30,672 bases of DNA from Minisyncoccota bacterium (GCA_036516995.1 DATDYW010000056.1:1-30672), one strand, 5' to 3'; positions 7,159-14,892 are shown, counted from the first letter of the stretch. Notes: generated from the letters alone by a model not told the origin. Program-made: numbers and translations.

Positions 7159-7218
7159 CGTGAAAATACACAGTTTTGCGCATATTTTCACGGTTATATT
7201 GATAAAACAGTGAAAATA
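7159..7218. promoter_or_regulatory. Inverted repeat upstream of the Fic gene, candidate operator
   Basis: CGTGAAAATA (7159-7168) / TATTTTCACG (7183-7192), plus a third half-site GTGAAAATA (7210-7218). Confidence 0.45.
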
Positions 7219-7234
7219 GCTATACTTGAGAGGC

Positions 7235-8131
7235 GTGGCAAAAACATCTGCGGTCTTCGGCAAGATCAGCGCCCTTCGGGAGAGGTACTACAAGGCATTG
7301 CCGGGGAAAGAGGCGCTCGTCGCGCTCCTTGGCGAAGCGGAGGTCGCGGAGCAGGTGTACAACTCGAACGCCATCGAGAACAGCACGCTGAGCCTCGAGG
7401 AAACCGAAAAGATACTCCTCCAGATTGATCTCGATCGGTATATTTCCGAGAGAGAGATATTCGAGGCAAAAAACCTCGCCCGGGTCGTGTCCTACATCGA
7501 CAAGCGGGCCAAAGAGCACGAGCTCCTCCCCGACGTCATTCTGTCGCTCCACAAGATGCTGATGTCGAACATTCGCGACGAGATTGCCGGGAGATTCCGC
7601 GAGGACGGCGAGTACGTCCGCGTCGGGAGCCACGTAGCTCCGGCCCCAAAAGAGATTAGCGGGGGTCTCGAGAAAATGTTTTCGGAGTACAACGCCGCGA
7701 GCCACGAAAACATCATCAAGCGTATCGCGCGGCTGCACCTCGCCTTCGAGCGCCTCCACCCGTTCAACGACGGGAACGGGCGCATAGGGCGCGTCATCAA
7801 TAACTACCTGCTGATCCGGGAAGGTTTTGTTCCCATAAACATTAAGTTCATCGACCGGAAGAGGTACTACGAGGCCCTCAAGGAGTTCGACGAAAGAGGC
7901 GCGACCGCCACCATGGAAGAAATAGTCGGCAGGGCGCTCACCAACAGCTACCACAAGCGCCTCGCCTACCTAGAGGGCAAGAAAATTGTCACGCTCTCCG
8001 ACTACGCGAAGGGCAATAAAATCTCTCACTCCAATCTTATTAACAAAGCCGGTCGGCAAACCATCGAAGCTTTTCTGGAGAAGGGGGTTTGGAAGATCGC
8101 CGAAGACTTTAAGAATGGGCCGGGGCGGTAG
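7235..8131 (+). CDS. Fic family protein (class II-like), with a C-terminal HTH-like extension
   Basis: Canonical HPFNDGNGRIGR motif; N-terminal SNAIEN fits the (S/T)xxxE(G/N) inhibitory helix; GTG start at 7235 after GAGAGG. Confidence 0.92.
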   Translation: MAKTSAVFGKISALRERYYKALPGKEALVALLGEAEVAEQVYNSNAIENSTLSLEETEKILLQIDLDRYISEREIFEAKNLARVVSYIDKRAKEHELLPDVILSLHKMLMSNIRDEIAGRFREDGEYVRVGSHVAPAPKEISGGLEKMFSEYNAASHENIIKRIARLHLAFERLHPFNDGNGRIGRVINNYLLIREGFVPINIKFIDRKRYYEALKEFDERGATATMEEIVGRALTNSYHKRLAYLEGKKIVTLSDYAKGNKISHSNLINKAGRQTIEAFLEKGVWKIAEDFKNGPGR

Positions 8132-8148
8132 CGGCGGGGGAGAGCGCG

Positions 8149-8221
8149 GGAATGTAAACAGCCACCCCACCTCTCTCAAACCCAGCCCTGACTTCCTCCA
8201 CGACGGCACCCAAACGAGAAT
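8149..8221. repeat. Direct repeat R3
   Basis: GGAATGTA...CTCTCAAACCCAGCCCTGACTTCCTCCACGACGGCACCCAAACGAGAAT; matches R1 over its full length and R2 over 31 identical nt. Confidence 0.88.
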
Positions 8222-8256
8222 CGCCTTTTTAATTCTCAATTTGCTACTATCCTCCC

Positions 8257-8736
8257 GTGCCGCGCCTCTCCCTCCTCCTCGCGCTCGTCGCCGCGCTCCT
8301 GGTGCTCCTCGGCTTTTCCCTTGCCTGGCGTCCTGCGTCGGCACCCGCCGTACCGCTCGCGGCGGCTACGAGCACGTCCCCGACCGCGACCACCACGCCG
8401 ATCCCGTCGCCGGTCGTTCCTCCGCCAGCCACCACCACGCCGCCGAAGCCGTTCACCCAGATAGTCGGCGGGCCAATCGTCGCGCTCGGTCCCTCCGGCC
8501 TCTCGCTCACCGCCAGGCGCGAGGCGCCGTGGGTCGCGACCTTCGCCAGCACCACCAAGTTTCAGAAGTACACCGAGGACGGCGCGGCGCTCGTGCCGAT
8601 GAAGCGGTCCGAGCTCTACATCGGGATGCATATTCGGGTAATAGGCACGCTGCTGGCCGACGGCACGATTGCCGCGCGCACGGTCACGTTCGGCAACCCA
8701 GCTCCGCAGCCGGGAAGCCAGACCCTCAAGCTCTAG
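8257..8736 (+). CDS. Secreted or membrane-anchored protein with a Pro/Thr linker and a DUF5666-like beta domain
   Basis: N-terminal hydrophobic helix, PT-rich linker, GPIVAL...TTKFQK...IGMHIRVIG...GTIAARTV pattern; GTG 6 nt after TGCTACTAT. Confidence 0.7.
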   Translation: MPRLSLLLALVAALLVLLGFSLAWRPASAPAVPLAAATSTSPTATTTPIPSPVVPPPATTTPPKPFTQIVGGPIVALGPSGLSLTARREAPWVATFASTTKFQKYTEDGAALVPMKRSELYIGMHIRVIGTLLADGTIAARTVTFGNPAPQPGSQTLKL

Positions 8737-8818
8737 CTCGGGGCAGTTGCGTTCCTGGTGCCACTGCCACTACGATGTAGGCGTTCCCGTTCACGCTTAC
8801 CCCGCTACCACCCTTTCA

Positions 8819-9508
8819 ATGCAAGCCTCTCATTCCCGCGTCGCCCCCGGCTTCGGTCTCATCGTCGCGCTCGTCGTCATTGCCGTCGTCCTCCTCGGCG
8901 GCGGCTACTACTACTCGGCCAACCGCGCCCCGGCTCCCGCGGACGCGGGCGACACCGCGGCATCGCCGCGGAGCCTGCGCGCTCTCGTCGGCCTCGGCCA
9001 GAGCCTGACCTGCTCGTTCTCCAAGACCGACGCGGAGGCCACCAACGCCGGCACCATCTTCGTCGCCGGCGACAAGATGCGCGGCGATTTCACAATGACG
9101 GCCAGCAGCAGCGGCACCGTCGCCTCGCACATGATCAAGATGGGTGACGACATCTACGTCTGGTCCGATGCCCTGGCTGGCCAGGGATTGAAGATGCGCG
9201 CCACCGCCGGTGCGGAAGGTAGCTCGGCGCAGGCCGACCAGTCTGTCGACTGGGACCAGGAAATGGATTACGACTGCGGTAGCTGGCGAGCCGACGACTC
9301 CAAGTTCGCGCTGCCCGCGGGCGTGAAGTTCATGGATTTCACCGGCGGCGCTAGCGCCTCGGCGGGCGCAGCCGGTGCCGCCGGCATCGGCGGTTCAGTT
9401 GGCGCCAGCGCCTCGGCCGGTGTCGGCGCGGGTGCCAGCCAGTGCGCCGCCTGCGACAGCGTGCCGGAGGCCTCGCGCGCGCAGTGCAGGGCGGCGCTCG
9501 GCTGCTAG
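8819..9508 (+). CDS. Exported hypothetical protein with a pilin-like N-terminus and a Cys-rich C-terminus
   Basis: MQASHSRVAPG|FGLIVALVVIAVVLLGGGYYY, a beta-rich core, a Gly/Ala linker, then CAAC...C...C at the C-terminus. Confidence 0.75.
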   Translation: MQASHSRVAPGFGLIVALVVIAVVLLGGGYYYSANRAPAPADAGDTAASPRSLRALVGLGQSLTCSFSKTDAEATNAGTIFVAGDKMRGDFTMTASSSGTVASHMIKMGDDIYVWSDALAGQGLKMRATAGAEGSSAQADQSVDWDQEMDYDCGSWRADDSKFALPAGVKFMDFTGGASASAGAAGAAGIGGSVGASASAGVGAGASQCAACDSVPEASRAQCRAALGC

Positions 9509-9534
9509 CTGGTTCGGAAAAATAAAAGAAAAGA

Positions 9535-9567
9535 AAAAGGCCGCTCGCGTTTCGCGAGCGGCCTTTT
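9535..9567. terminator. Bidirectional-type intrinsic terminator
   Basis: AAAAGGCCGCTCGCG-TTT-CGCGAGCGGCCTTTT. Confidence 0.75.
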
Positions 9568-9642
9568 CGATAGCACTACCTGTCAAATCCGCGAGACCCA
9601 GACGCACAGCCCGGACTCGCGAGCTCTGCTACAATTTCTCCC

Positions 9643-10083
9643 GTGACGCTCCGCGATTTCGATATCCGTCTGATTCACGCCTTCCGCTCGCTCTTCGAGC
9701 CGCTGGCCCGCTTCGGTCTCTTCCTCGTCTTCTTCTGGTTCGGAGCACTGAAGGTCGTCGGTCTCTCGCCGGCGAGCCCCTTGGTGCAGCAGCTCTTCGA
9801 GCGAACGATTCCGGTGATGGAGTTCGGCACCTTCATCGTGCTCTTCGGCGCGCTCGAGTGCCTGATCGGTCTCCTCTTCCTCTGGCGCGGCGCCGAGCGG
9901 GTGGCAATCCCGCTCCTCTTTGTACATATGGCGACGACGCTGGGGCCGCTCCTGCTCCTGCCCGAGGTCACCTGGACTGGGTTTATGGTGCCGACGCTCG
10001 AAGGGCAGTACATCATCAAGAACGTGCTGCTCGTTGCCGCGGCTGTGGGTATCGCCTCGCACCTCCACCCCATAAGAAAGTAG
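9643..10083 (+). CDS. DoxX/DUF417 (RclC/YkgB-like) membrane protein
   Basis: RFGLFLVFFWFGALKV, GALECLIGLLFL, GQYIIKNVLL; four hydrophobic segments; GTG 7 nt after TGCTACAAT. Confidence 0.82.
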   Translation: MTLRDFDIRLIHAFRSLFEPLARFGLFLVFFWFGALKVVGLSPASPLVQQLFERTIPVMEFGTFIVLFGALECLIGLLFLWRGAERVAIPLLFVHMATTLGPLLLLPEVTWTGFMVPTLEGQYIIKNVLLVAAAVGIASHLHPIRK

Positions 10084-10110
10084 TTGTAGGGAGAGTCTGT
10101 GCTTCTGCAA

Positions 10111-10224
10111 CGGGAGGCTCCATTCGGCGCGCAAAACGGTCTCGTACGCCTCGCTCTACATTCGTAGCGCGTCGGCTAGCGAGAACCGTTTTTCGCATCC
10201 AAATGTTGCCTCTGTGGTGATTCG
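10111..10224 (+). repeat. Structured palindromic repeat SR-A (~115 nt family)
   Basis: Starts CGGGAGGCTCCATTCG and ends GTGGTGATTCG; nested stems; homologous to 22394-22507 and 24998-25111. Confidence 0.88.
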
Positions 10225-10310
10225 ATTAGGACGAGTAATTTCAGAGGTGACAGTTGGAGCCGAAAACCGTTTCCGTGGTGACTCGTTTAAGGAAAGAAAA
10301 AAGAAACATG

Positions 10311-10343
10311 CAAGGGCCGCGCCGCTTTGCGGCGCGGCCCTTG
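10311..10343. terminator. 15-bp GC-rich hairpin
   Basis: CAAGGGCCGCGCCGC-TTT-GCGGCGCGGCCCTTG. Confidence 0.55.
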
Positions 10344-10377
10344 CGTCTCTGCTGACCGGTGTTAGGGTCTCATTGAA

Positions 10378-11340
10378 ATGCACTCAAAAAATAAGAAATA
10401 CACAGTCAAATCCTCTCGGGGTTTCCCCGCACACTGGTCGGTCGGCGCCATCATTGAGCGGGCCGGCAAGTACCTGATGATTGACCGCGCGTTCGAGCCC
10501 CTCGGCCTCGCCGGTGTTGCCGGTCACGTCGACGAGGAGGCTGACGGAAGCCACGAACCCCTCGACGTCGCCATCGCCAGGGAAATCAAGGAGGAGACCG
10601 GCCTCTCGGTCTCTGCCATCCACGCCATCCCGTCGATCTACGGCGTCGAGGTTCTCTGGAACCACTGCCGCAGCGCCGGTAGCCACACCTGGTGGCTGTT
10701 CCGCGCGTGGGTGACGGATGTCTCCGGCGGAGCAGGCACCGGCGAGCCGAAGTTCGACGCGATCGAAACGAAAGGCGGCGGCTGGCACACGCCAGACGAG
10801 CTCGCCGCCGCCAACCTCGAGCCCGTCTGGCGCGAGTGGTACGAGCGGCTGGGAATTATTCCCCGGAAGCCGCGCGTCACCATTTGTGGTTCGATGGCGT
10901 TCGCCGCAGAAATGGCGGAGGCGGCAACGCTGCTCCGCGGGCGGGGCTGGGAAGCTACCGCGCCCGCGCTCAAGGCTCTCGGCGCCGACGGCACCGTCAC
11001 CTCCTTCACCGAGGTACTGCGCAGCCGCGGCTTCGACGCCGTTCCGGACGACGACCCGTTCTGGGCCGCGAAGCGGGACGCCATCCTCGAGCACTTCCGC
11101 TGGATCGACTGGTGCGAGGTCGCGCTCGTTTGGAACCAGGAGAAGCGCGGCGTGCCCGGCTACATTGGCAGCAACACGATGATGGAGATCGGCTGGGCCA
11201 CCGGCGTCGGCAAGAAGGTGGTGGCGCTCAACCCCCTCAACCACGTCGTCGCCGGCTTCGAGGAGGCGAAAGCCTGCCTCTCGGGCTGCCTCGACGGCGA
11301 CCTGAACGGTCTCGAGGACGCGCTCGAGAAAGTCGGCTGA
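10378..11340 (+). CDS. Fusion of a NUDIX hydrolase and a nucleoside 2-deoxyribosyltransferase-like domain
   Basis: N-half: AGHVDE...AIAREIKEETGL (Nudix box with a short insertion). C-half: VTICGSM...HFRWIDWCEVALVWN...YIGSNTMMEIGWA...KKVV (NDT-like fold with the conserved Glu). Confidence 0.78.
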   Translation: MHSKNKKYTVKSSRGFPAHWSVGAIIERAGKYLMIDRAFEPLGLAGVAGHVDEEADGSHEPLDVAIAREIKEETGLSVSAIHAIPSIYGVEVLWNHCRSAGSHTWWLFRAWVTDVSGGAGTGEPKFDAIETKGGGWHTPDELAAANLEPVWREWYERLGIIPRKPRVTICGSMAFAAEMAEAATLLRGRGWEATAPALKALGADGTVTSFTEVLRSRGFDAVPDDDPFWAAKRDAILEHFRWIDWCEVALVWNQEKRGVPGYIGSNTMMEIGWATGVGKKVVALNPLNHVVAGFEEAKACLSGCLDGDLNGLEDALEKVG

Positions 11341-11427
11341 ACTCGTCGGCGGCTCCACCCGGGGCCGCTTTTCCTTTTCGCGGCGCCTGCTTGTAATTTT
11401 TAATTTTCGTCGTGCTACCATTTTCGC

Positions 11428-12174
11428 GTGCTCGTTTTCCTCGCAATCGCCACGCTCGTCGCCACGCTCGTCGGCGGCCTGTTCGCTCTGCGCTTCCGCG
11501 ACAAGCTCCACCTGGTGCTCGGCTTCTCGGCCGGCGCGGTCATCGGCGTCGCCTTCTTCGACCTCCTGCCCGAGTCGCTCGAGTTAGGGGAGGGATTTTT
11601 TGATGCCTCGGTAATCTCGGCGTTTGTTGCGCTCGGCTTCCTCTGCTACCTCATCCTCGACCGACTGACCGGCATCCACGCCGATGTGGACGACGGCCAC
11701 GGTTCGGGCGACCCTCACCGCCACGGCGATCACGCTGCGCGCGGCAAACTAGGCGCGGCGAGCCTGGTCCTCCACAGCTTCCTCGACGGCGCGGCAATCG
11801 GCCTCGCGTTCCAGGTTTCCAGTGCGGTCGGCATCGTCGTGGCAATCGCAGTTCTCGTGCACGACTTCTCCGACGGCATCAACACCGTCGGCTTCGTTCT
11901 TAGGGGAGACCCAAACAGCAACCGCTCCGCGTTCCGCTGGCTCGTGGCGGATGCCGTTGCGCCCGTGCTCGGCGTTACCTCGACGCTCTTTTTCACGCTG
12001 CCGGAGAAGGGGCTGGCGGTGGTCCTCTCGCTATTCACCGGCTTCTTCCTCTACATCGGTGCCTCCGACCTCATTCCGGAGAGCCACCACGCCCACCCGA
12101 AGTTCCTCACCACCGCGATGACGGTGCTCGGCGTCGTCGTGATGTTCGTCGCCATTCGGCTGGCGGGGGTTTAG
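11428..12174 (+). CDS. ZIP (ZupT-like) divalent metal transporter
   Basis: GFSAGAVIGVAFFDLLPES, His-rich loop, LHSFLDGAAIG, HDFSDG, LYIGASDLIPE. Confidence 0.92.
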   Translation: MLVFLAIATLVATLVGGLFALRFRDKLHLVLGFSAGAVIGVAFFDLLPESLELGEGFFDASVISAFVALGFLCYLILDRLTGIHADVDDGHGSGDPHRHGDHAARGKLGAASLVLHSFLDGAAIGLAFQVSSAVGIVVAIAVLVHDFSDGINTVGFVLRGDPNSNRSAFRWLVADAVAPVLGVTSTLFFTLPEKGLAVVLSLFTGFFLYIGASDLIPESHHAHPKFLTTAMTVLGVVVMFVAIRLAGV

Positions 12175-12217
12175 CTCGGAGCTTCAATCTGCGGGGCGGG
12201 GTAGAATGCTGCTTCCG

Positions 12218-12616
12218 ATGCCCAGCTCTATCTCGCTGCCGCTCGCCGCCGTCGCCACCGCCACCGGTGGGCAAATTATTTTCTTCTTCGTCGTGCTGTT
12301 TTTGCTCCAGGCGACGGTGAAGGCCTTCGTCGGCCTCGGCTACGCGCACATTACCAAGCGGCCGCTCAAGATTCTTCTCTACCAGCTCGCGGCTGGGGCA
12401 ACTATCTTCGTGCCGCTCGCGCTGCTCCTCGCCACGTCCTCGTACCTAATGGGCCCCCTGACGCGGGCGCTCGCCGAGGTGGCGGTGATTGGCGCCGAGG
12501 CGCTCCTGATGCGCTGGTTCTCCCGCGGCGCGCTGCCGATCCGCTCGGCGCTCGCGCTTTCCGTTCTCGCGACGGCCGGCAGCGCGCTGGTGGGGCTCCT
12601 GGCCTCGGCGCTGTAG
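12218..12616 (+). CDS. Hypothetical integral membrane protein
   Basis: About four hydrophobic helices. The track ATG 12206 overlaps TAGAAT, so ATG 12218 is preferred. Confidence 0.7.
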   Translation: MPSSISLPLAAVATATGGQIIFFFVVLFLLQATVKAFVGLGYAHITKRPLKILLYQLAAGATIFVPLALLLATSSYLMGPLTRALAEVAVIGAEALLMRWFSRGALPIRSALALSVLATAGSALVGLLASAL

Positions 12617-12624
12617 GCGAAAGA

Positions 12625-12659
12625 GGAAGGCAGAAGTTAGAGGGCAGAAGGCAGAGGTT
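12625..12659. repeat. Degenerate 7-nt tandem repeat
   Basis: GGAAGGC AGAAGTT AGAGGGC AGAAGGC AGAGGTT. Confidence 0.6.
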
Positions 12660-12738
12660 GGGCCGCCGCGCAAAGCGCGGCGGCCTGCAAACATCTTCGG
12701 TTTGACACCGCGCAACGGTAGGCGCTAAATGGCCGCAA

Positions 12739-13128
12739 ATGGATACCTCCAAATTCAAAGTACCGTTCGGTCTCGACGGCTGGCACCAGGCTGTCGAGAT
12801 TGAGGTCGACCACAGATCGGGCTACGTGTTGGTCAAAGGCTCCCCCCGCATCTGCATGGATACTGCAATTCGGCACGGCGGCGGCCCCGACGCGCCGTTC
12901 ACCGAGTGCACCGTCTTCGCGCGGCTCGAGCATCGCGGTGGCCCGCTCAAGGTGAGCGTCATTCCGAAGCCGGAGCACCTGCGCGCCCTGCAGCCCACGC
13001 TCACGCTGCGGCGCGACTTCCACGGCAAGGGGATTCTTGCGACGGTCGGCAAATCGGCCATCGACGAGCGGGCGGACAACCAGCTGCTCCTCTGGCCTGA
13101 TGCGGCTCCCGCCGAGAAGGCTGCCTAG
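12739..13128 (+). CDS. Hypothetical protein (129 aa)
   Basis: ATG-started ORF with genome-typical codon use, followed by a GCCCGGCGCA/TGCGCCGGGC-TTTT terminator; no family recognised. Confidence 0.65.
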   Translation: MDTSKFKVPFGLDGWHQAVEIEVDHRSGYVLVKGSPRICMDTAIRHGGGPDAPFTECTVFARLEHRGGPLKVSVIPKPEHLRALQPTLTLRRDFHGKGILATVGKSAIDERADNQLLLWPDAAPAEKAA

Positions 13129-13219
13129 CCTCCGAGAAACAGTTTGCCCGGCGCACCTTGTGCGCCGGGCTTTTCTTTTTCCCCCTGAAATTTTTAATTA
13201 TTAATTTTGAATTGACCCC

Positions 13220-13507
13220 CTACGCCGCCCGCTTTCGCTCGCCCTCTCCCGGCGCGCCGCGCTCCAAATCTTCGAGCGTCGGCCACGGGGCGCCGCTCTG
13301 CTCGCGGCGAACAACTTCGTCGTGGAAGCGCTTCGAGTAGTCACGGTCCACCCAGTTGTGCATCGCGGCCTCCTCGATGTTCTGCCCAGGTACCGCCGAG
13401 GGACTGTCGCGATTGAACAGCTGCACGGCGAGGTCAACCTGGCGCGCCAAGTACTCCCGCAGGTCGCGGGTGCTTGCGAGTGGCGCTGGAGGTTCTTCCC
13501 TAAACAT
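13220..13507 (-). CDS. Hypothetical protein (95 aa)
   Basis: ATG start 10 nt downstream of the stop of the 13518 gene, so probably co-transcribed; no family recognised. Confidence 0.55.
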   Translation of the reverse strand: MFREEPPAPLASTRDLREYLARQVDLAVQLFNRDSPSAVPGQNIEEAAMHNWVDRDYSKRFHDEVVRREQSGAPWPTLEDLERGAPGEGERKRAA

Positions 13508-13517
13508 AAATACAGAG

Positions 13518-14120
13518 TTACCTGATACCTGTGTCGCAGGAAACGTCGACAGCCGTCTCGGTGCCTACTGCAACAGAAAACTCACCGCTGCAGCTCGGCA
13601 TGCTCGTTTCAGTCGAGACGGTGTAGTGACCGGCTGGAAGCGATACGAACCACTCGCCCCGCACGTTTGGTGTCACGACAACCTCTCGGCTGGAGGAGGT
13701 GAGCACGAGCGCTCCAACGAATGGTCTATCGCCGCAGCTCGCATCGCCCTCGCGCACCACCGGGCAGGTCGGCCCGGCGTGCGCCGTGCCGCGCGCGCGG
13801 CCCTCGCCCGGGCACGGCGAGAACGCGCAGTTGCGGCTGCCGTCGCGTCCGACGCCGCTGCCGTCGGGGCAGATTCGAGCGTCCATTGTGCACGCCGCAG
13901 GCCCGGGTGGTGTGGAGGTTGCCGCAGGTGTTGGGCAGGGGGTGAACTCGCAGTTTGGACCCGTTCGGCCCACCGCCGAGCCGTCGGGGCAAACCATAGC
14001 CTCCGCGGTGCAGGCGGCTGCACTGCCGGGGTCTCGGTTCAACGCGACGACGTAGCCGATTGCCCAGCCTAGAACTGCTGCTGCAGCCACAGCGGTCAGA
14101 AAGGTAGGGAGCACCCTCAT
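13518..14120 (-). CDS. Membrane-anchored surface protein with two Cys-rich CPDGS repeats and a C-terminal beta-sandwich
   Basis: N-terminal hydrophobic helix; CTAEAMVCPDGSAVGRTGPNCEFTPCP and CTMDARICPDGSGVGRDGSRNCAFSPCP; C-terminal G.W...LPAGHYTV. Start ATG at 14120 or 14132. Confidence 0.78.
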   Translation of the reverse strand: MRVLPTFLTAVAAAAVLGWAIGYVVALNRDPGSAAACTAEAMVCPDGSAVGRTGPNCEFTPCPTPAATSTPPGPAACTMDARICPDGSGVGRDGSRNCAFSPCPGEGRARGTAHAGPTCPVVREGDASCGDRPFVGALVLTSSSREVVVTPNVRGEWFVSLPAGHYTVSTETSMPSCSGEFSVAVGTETAVDVSCDTGIR

Positions 14121-14307
14121 CGCGTCCACCATTCTGCCCGTCGGAAGCTGCCGCCGCCAGTCTTGCCGGTTGGGTTGACTTTTCAGTCGAAAGGCGCTAG
14201 GATATCCACCGTCAAGAGTTGTCTCCCGGAACCGGCCGCGACTAGTCCCGCGAACGTCCTGGTAACTGTTGATCGGGCCCAAACCCGTTAGCTCGTAAGT
14301 TCGATAG

Positions 14308-14568
14308 ATGGCAACCAAGCTCTTCGTTGGGAACCTCCCGTTCTCCGCGACCGATGATTCTATTCGCGAGGCTTTCGCCCCGTACGGCACCGTAACTTCG
14401 GCCTCCGTCGTTATGGACCGCGAGACCGGCCGCTCCCGTGGCTTCGGTTTCGTTGAGTACGAGGGTGACGGCCAGGCCGCGATTGACGCCTGGAACGGCA
14501 AGGCCATGGATGGCCGCCCCCTGACCGTCAACGTCGCCCGCCCTCGCGAGGATCGCCCGCGCTTCTAA
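14308..14568 (+). CDS. RRM (RNP-1) RNA-binding protein
   Basis: RNP2 KLFVGNLPF, RNP1 RGFGFVEY, MDGRPLTVNVAR. Confidence 0.95.
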   Translation: MATKLFVGNLPFSATDDSIREAFAPYGTVTSASVVMDRETGRSRGFGFVEYEGDGQAAIDAWNGKAMDGRPLTVNVARPREDRPRF

Positions 14569-14584
14569 AGCACGGCAACTCAAG

Positions 14585-14614
14585 AAAAGGCCGCCCCATA
14601 CGGGGCGGCCTTTT
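14585..14614 (+). terminator. Intrinsic terminator after the RRM gene
   Basis: AAAAGGCCGCCCC-ATAC-GGGGCGGCCTTTT. Confidence 0.8.
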
Positions 14615-14643
14615 CTTTTTTCCAGTGCTACAATCGACTCACT

Positions 14644-14892
14644 ATGAGGATGGGGAATACTGGTGGTGCTCCTGCGCCGGAGGAGGGGAAGCCCGGCGAC
14701 CGGAAAAACAAAAACGAGGGCGCGCCGCGCGCCTCCGAGCCGAGGCTCGAGGACGCGTTCGCGCGGCTCCAGGCGATGGCGGCGGCGCGCGATACGTTGA
14801 GCGATCCGAGGGTGCAGGAGGAGGAGGCTCTGAAGGCGGCCGAGGAGGCCAAGAAGCTTCGCGCCCTCGGCATTTTTGATGAGGGGCACTAG
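14644..14892 (+). CDS. Small hypothetical protein (82 aa)
   Basis: ATG 9 nt after TGCTACAAT; charged helical sequence; overlaps the next gene by 14 nt. Confidence 0.55.
   Translation: MRMGNTGGAPAPEEGKPGDRKNKNEGAPRASEPRLEDAFARLQAMAAARDTLSDPRVQEEEALKAAEEAKKLRALGIFDEGH

Noticed and set aside
4531-8221. R1/R2/R3 or the SR family as a CRISPR array
   Set aside because: Copies are 1-12 kb apart and separated by whole genes, not 25-45 nt spacers; no cas genes are present.
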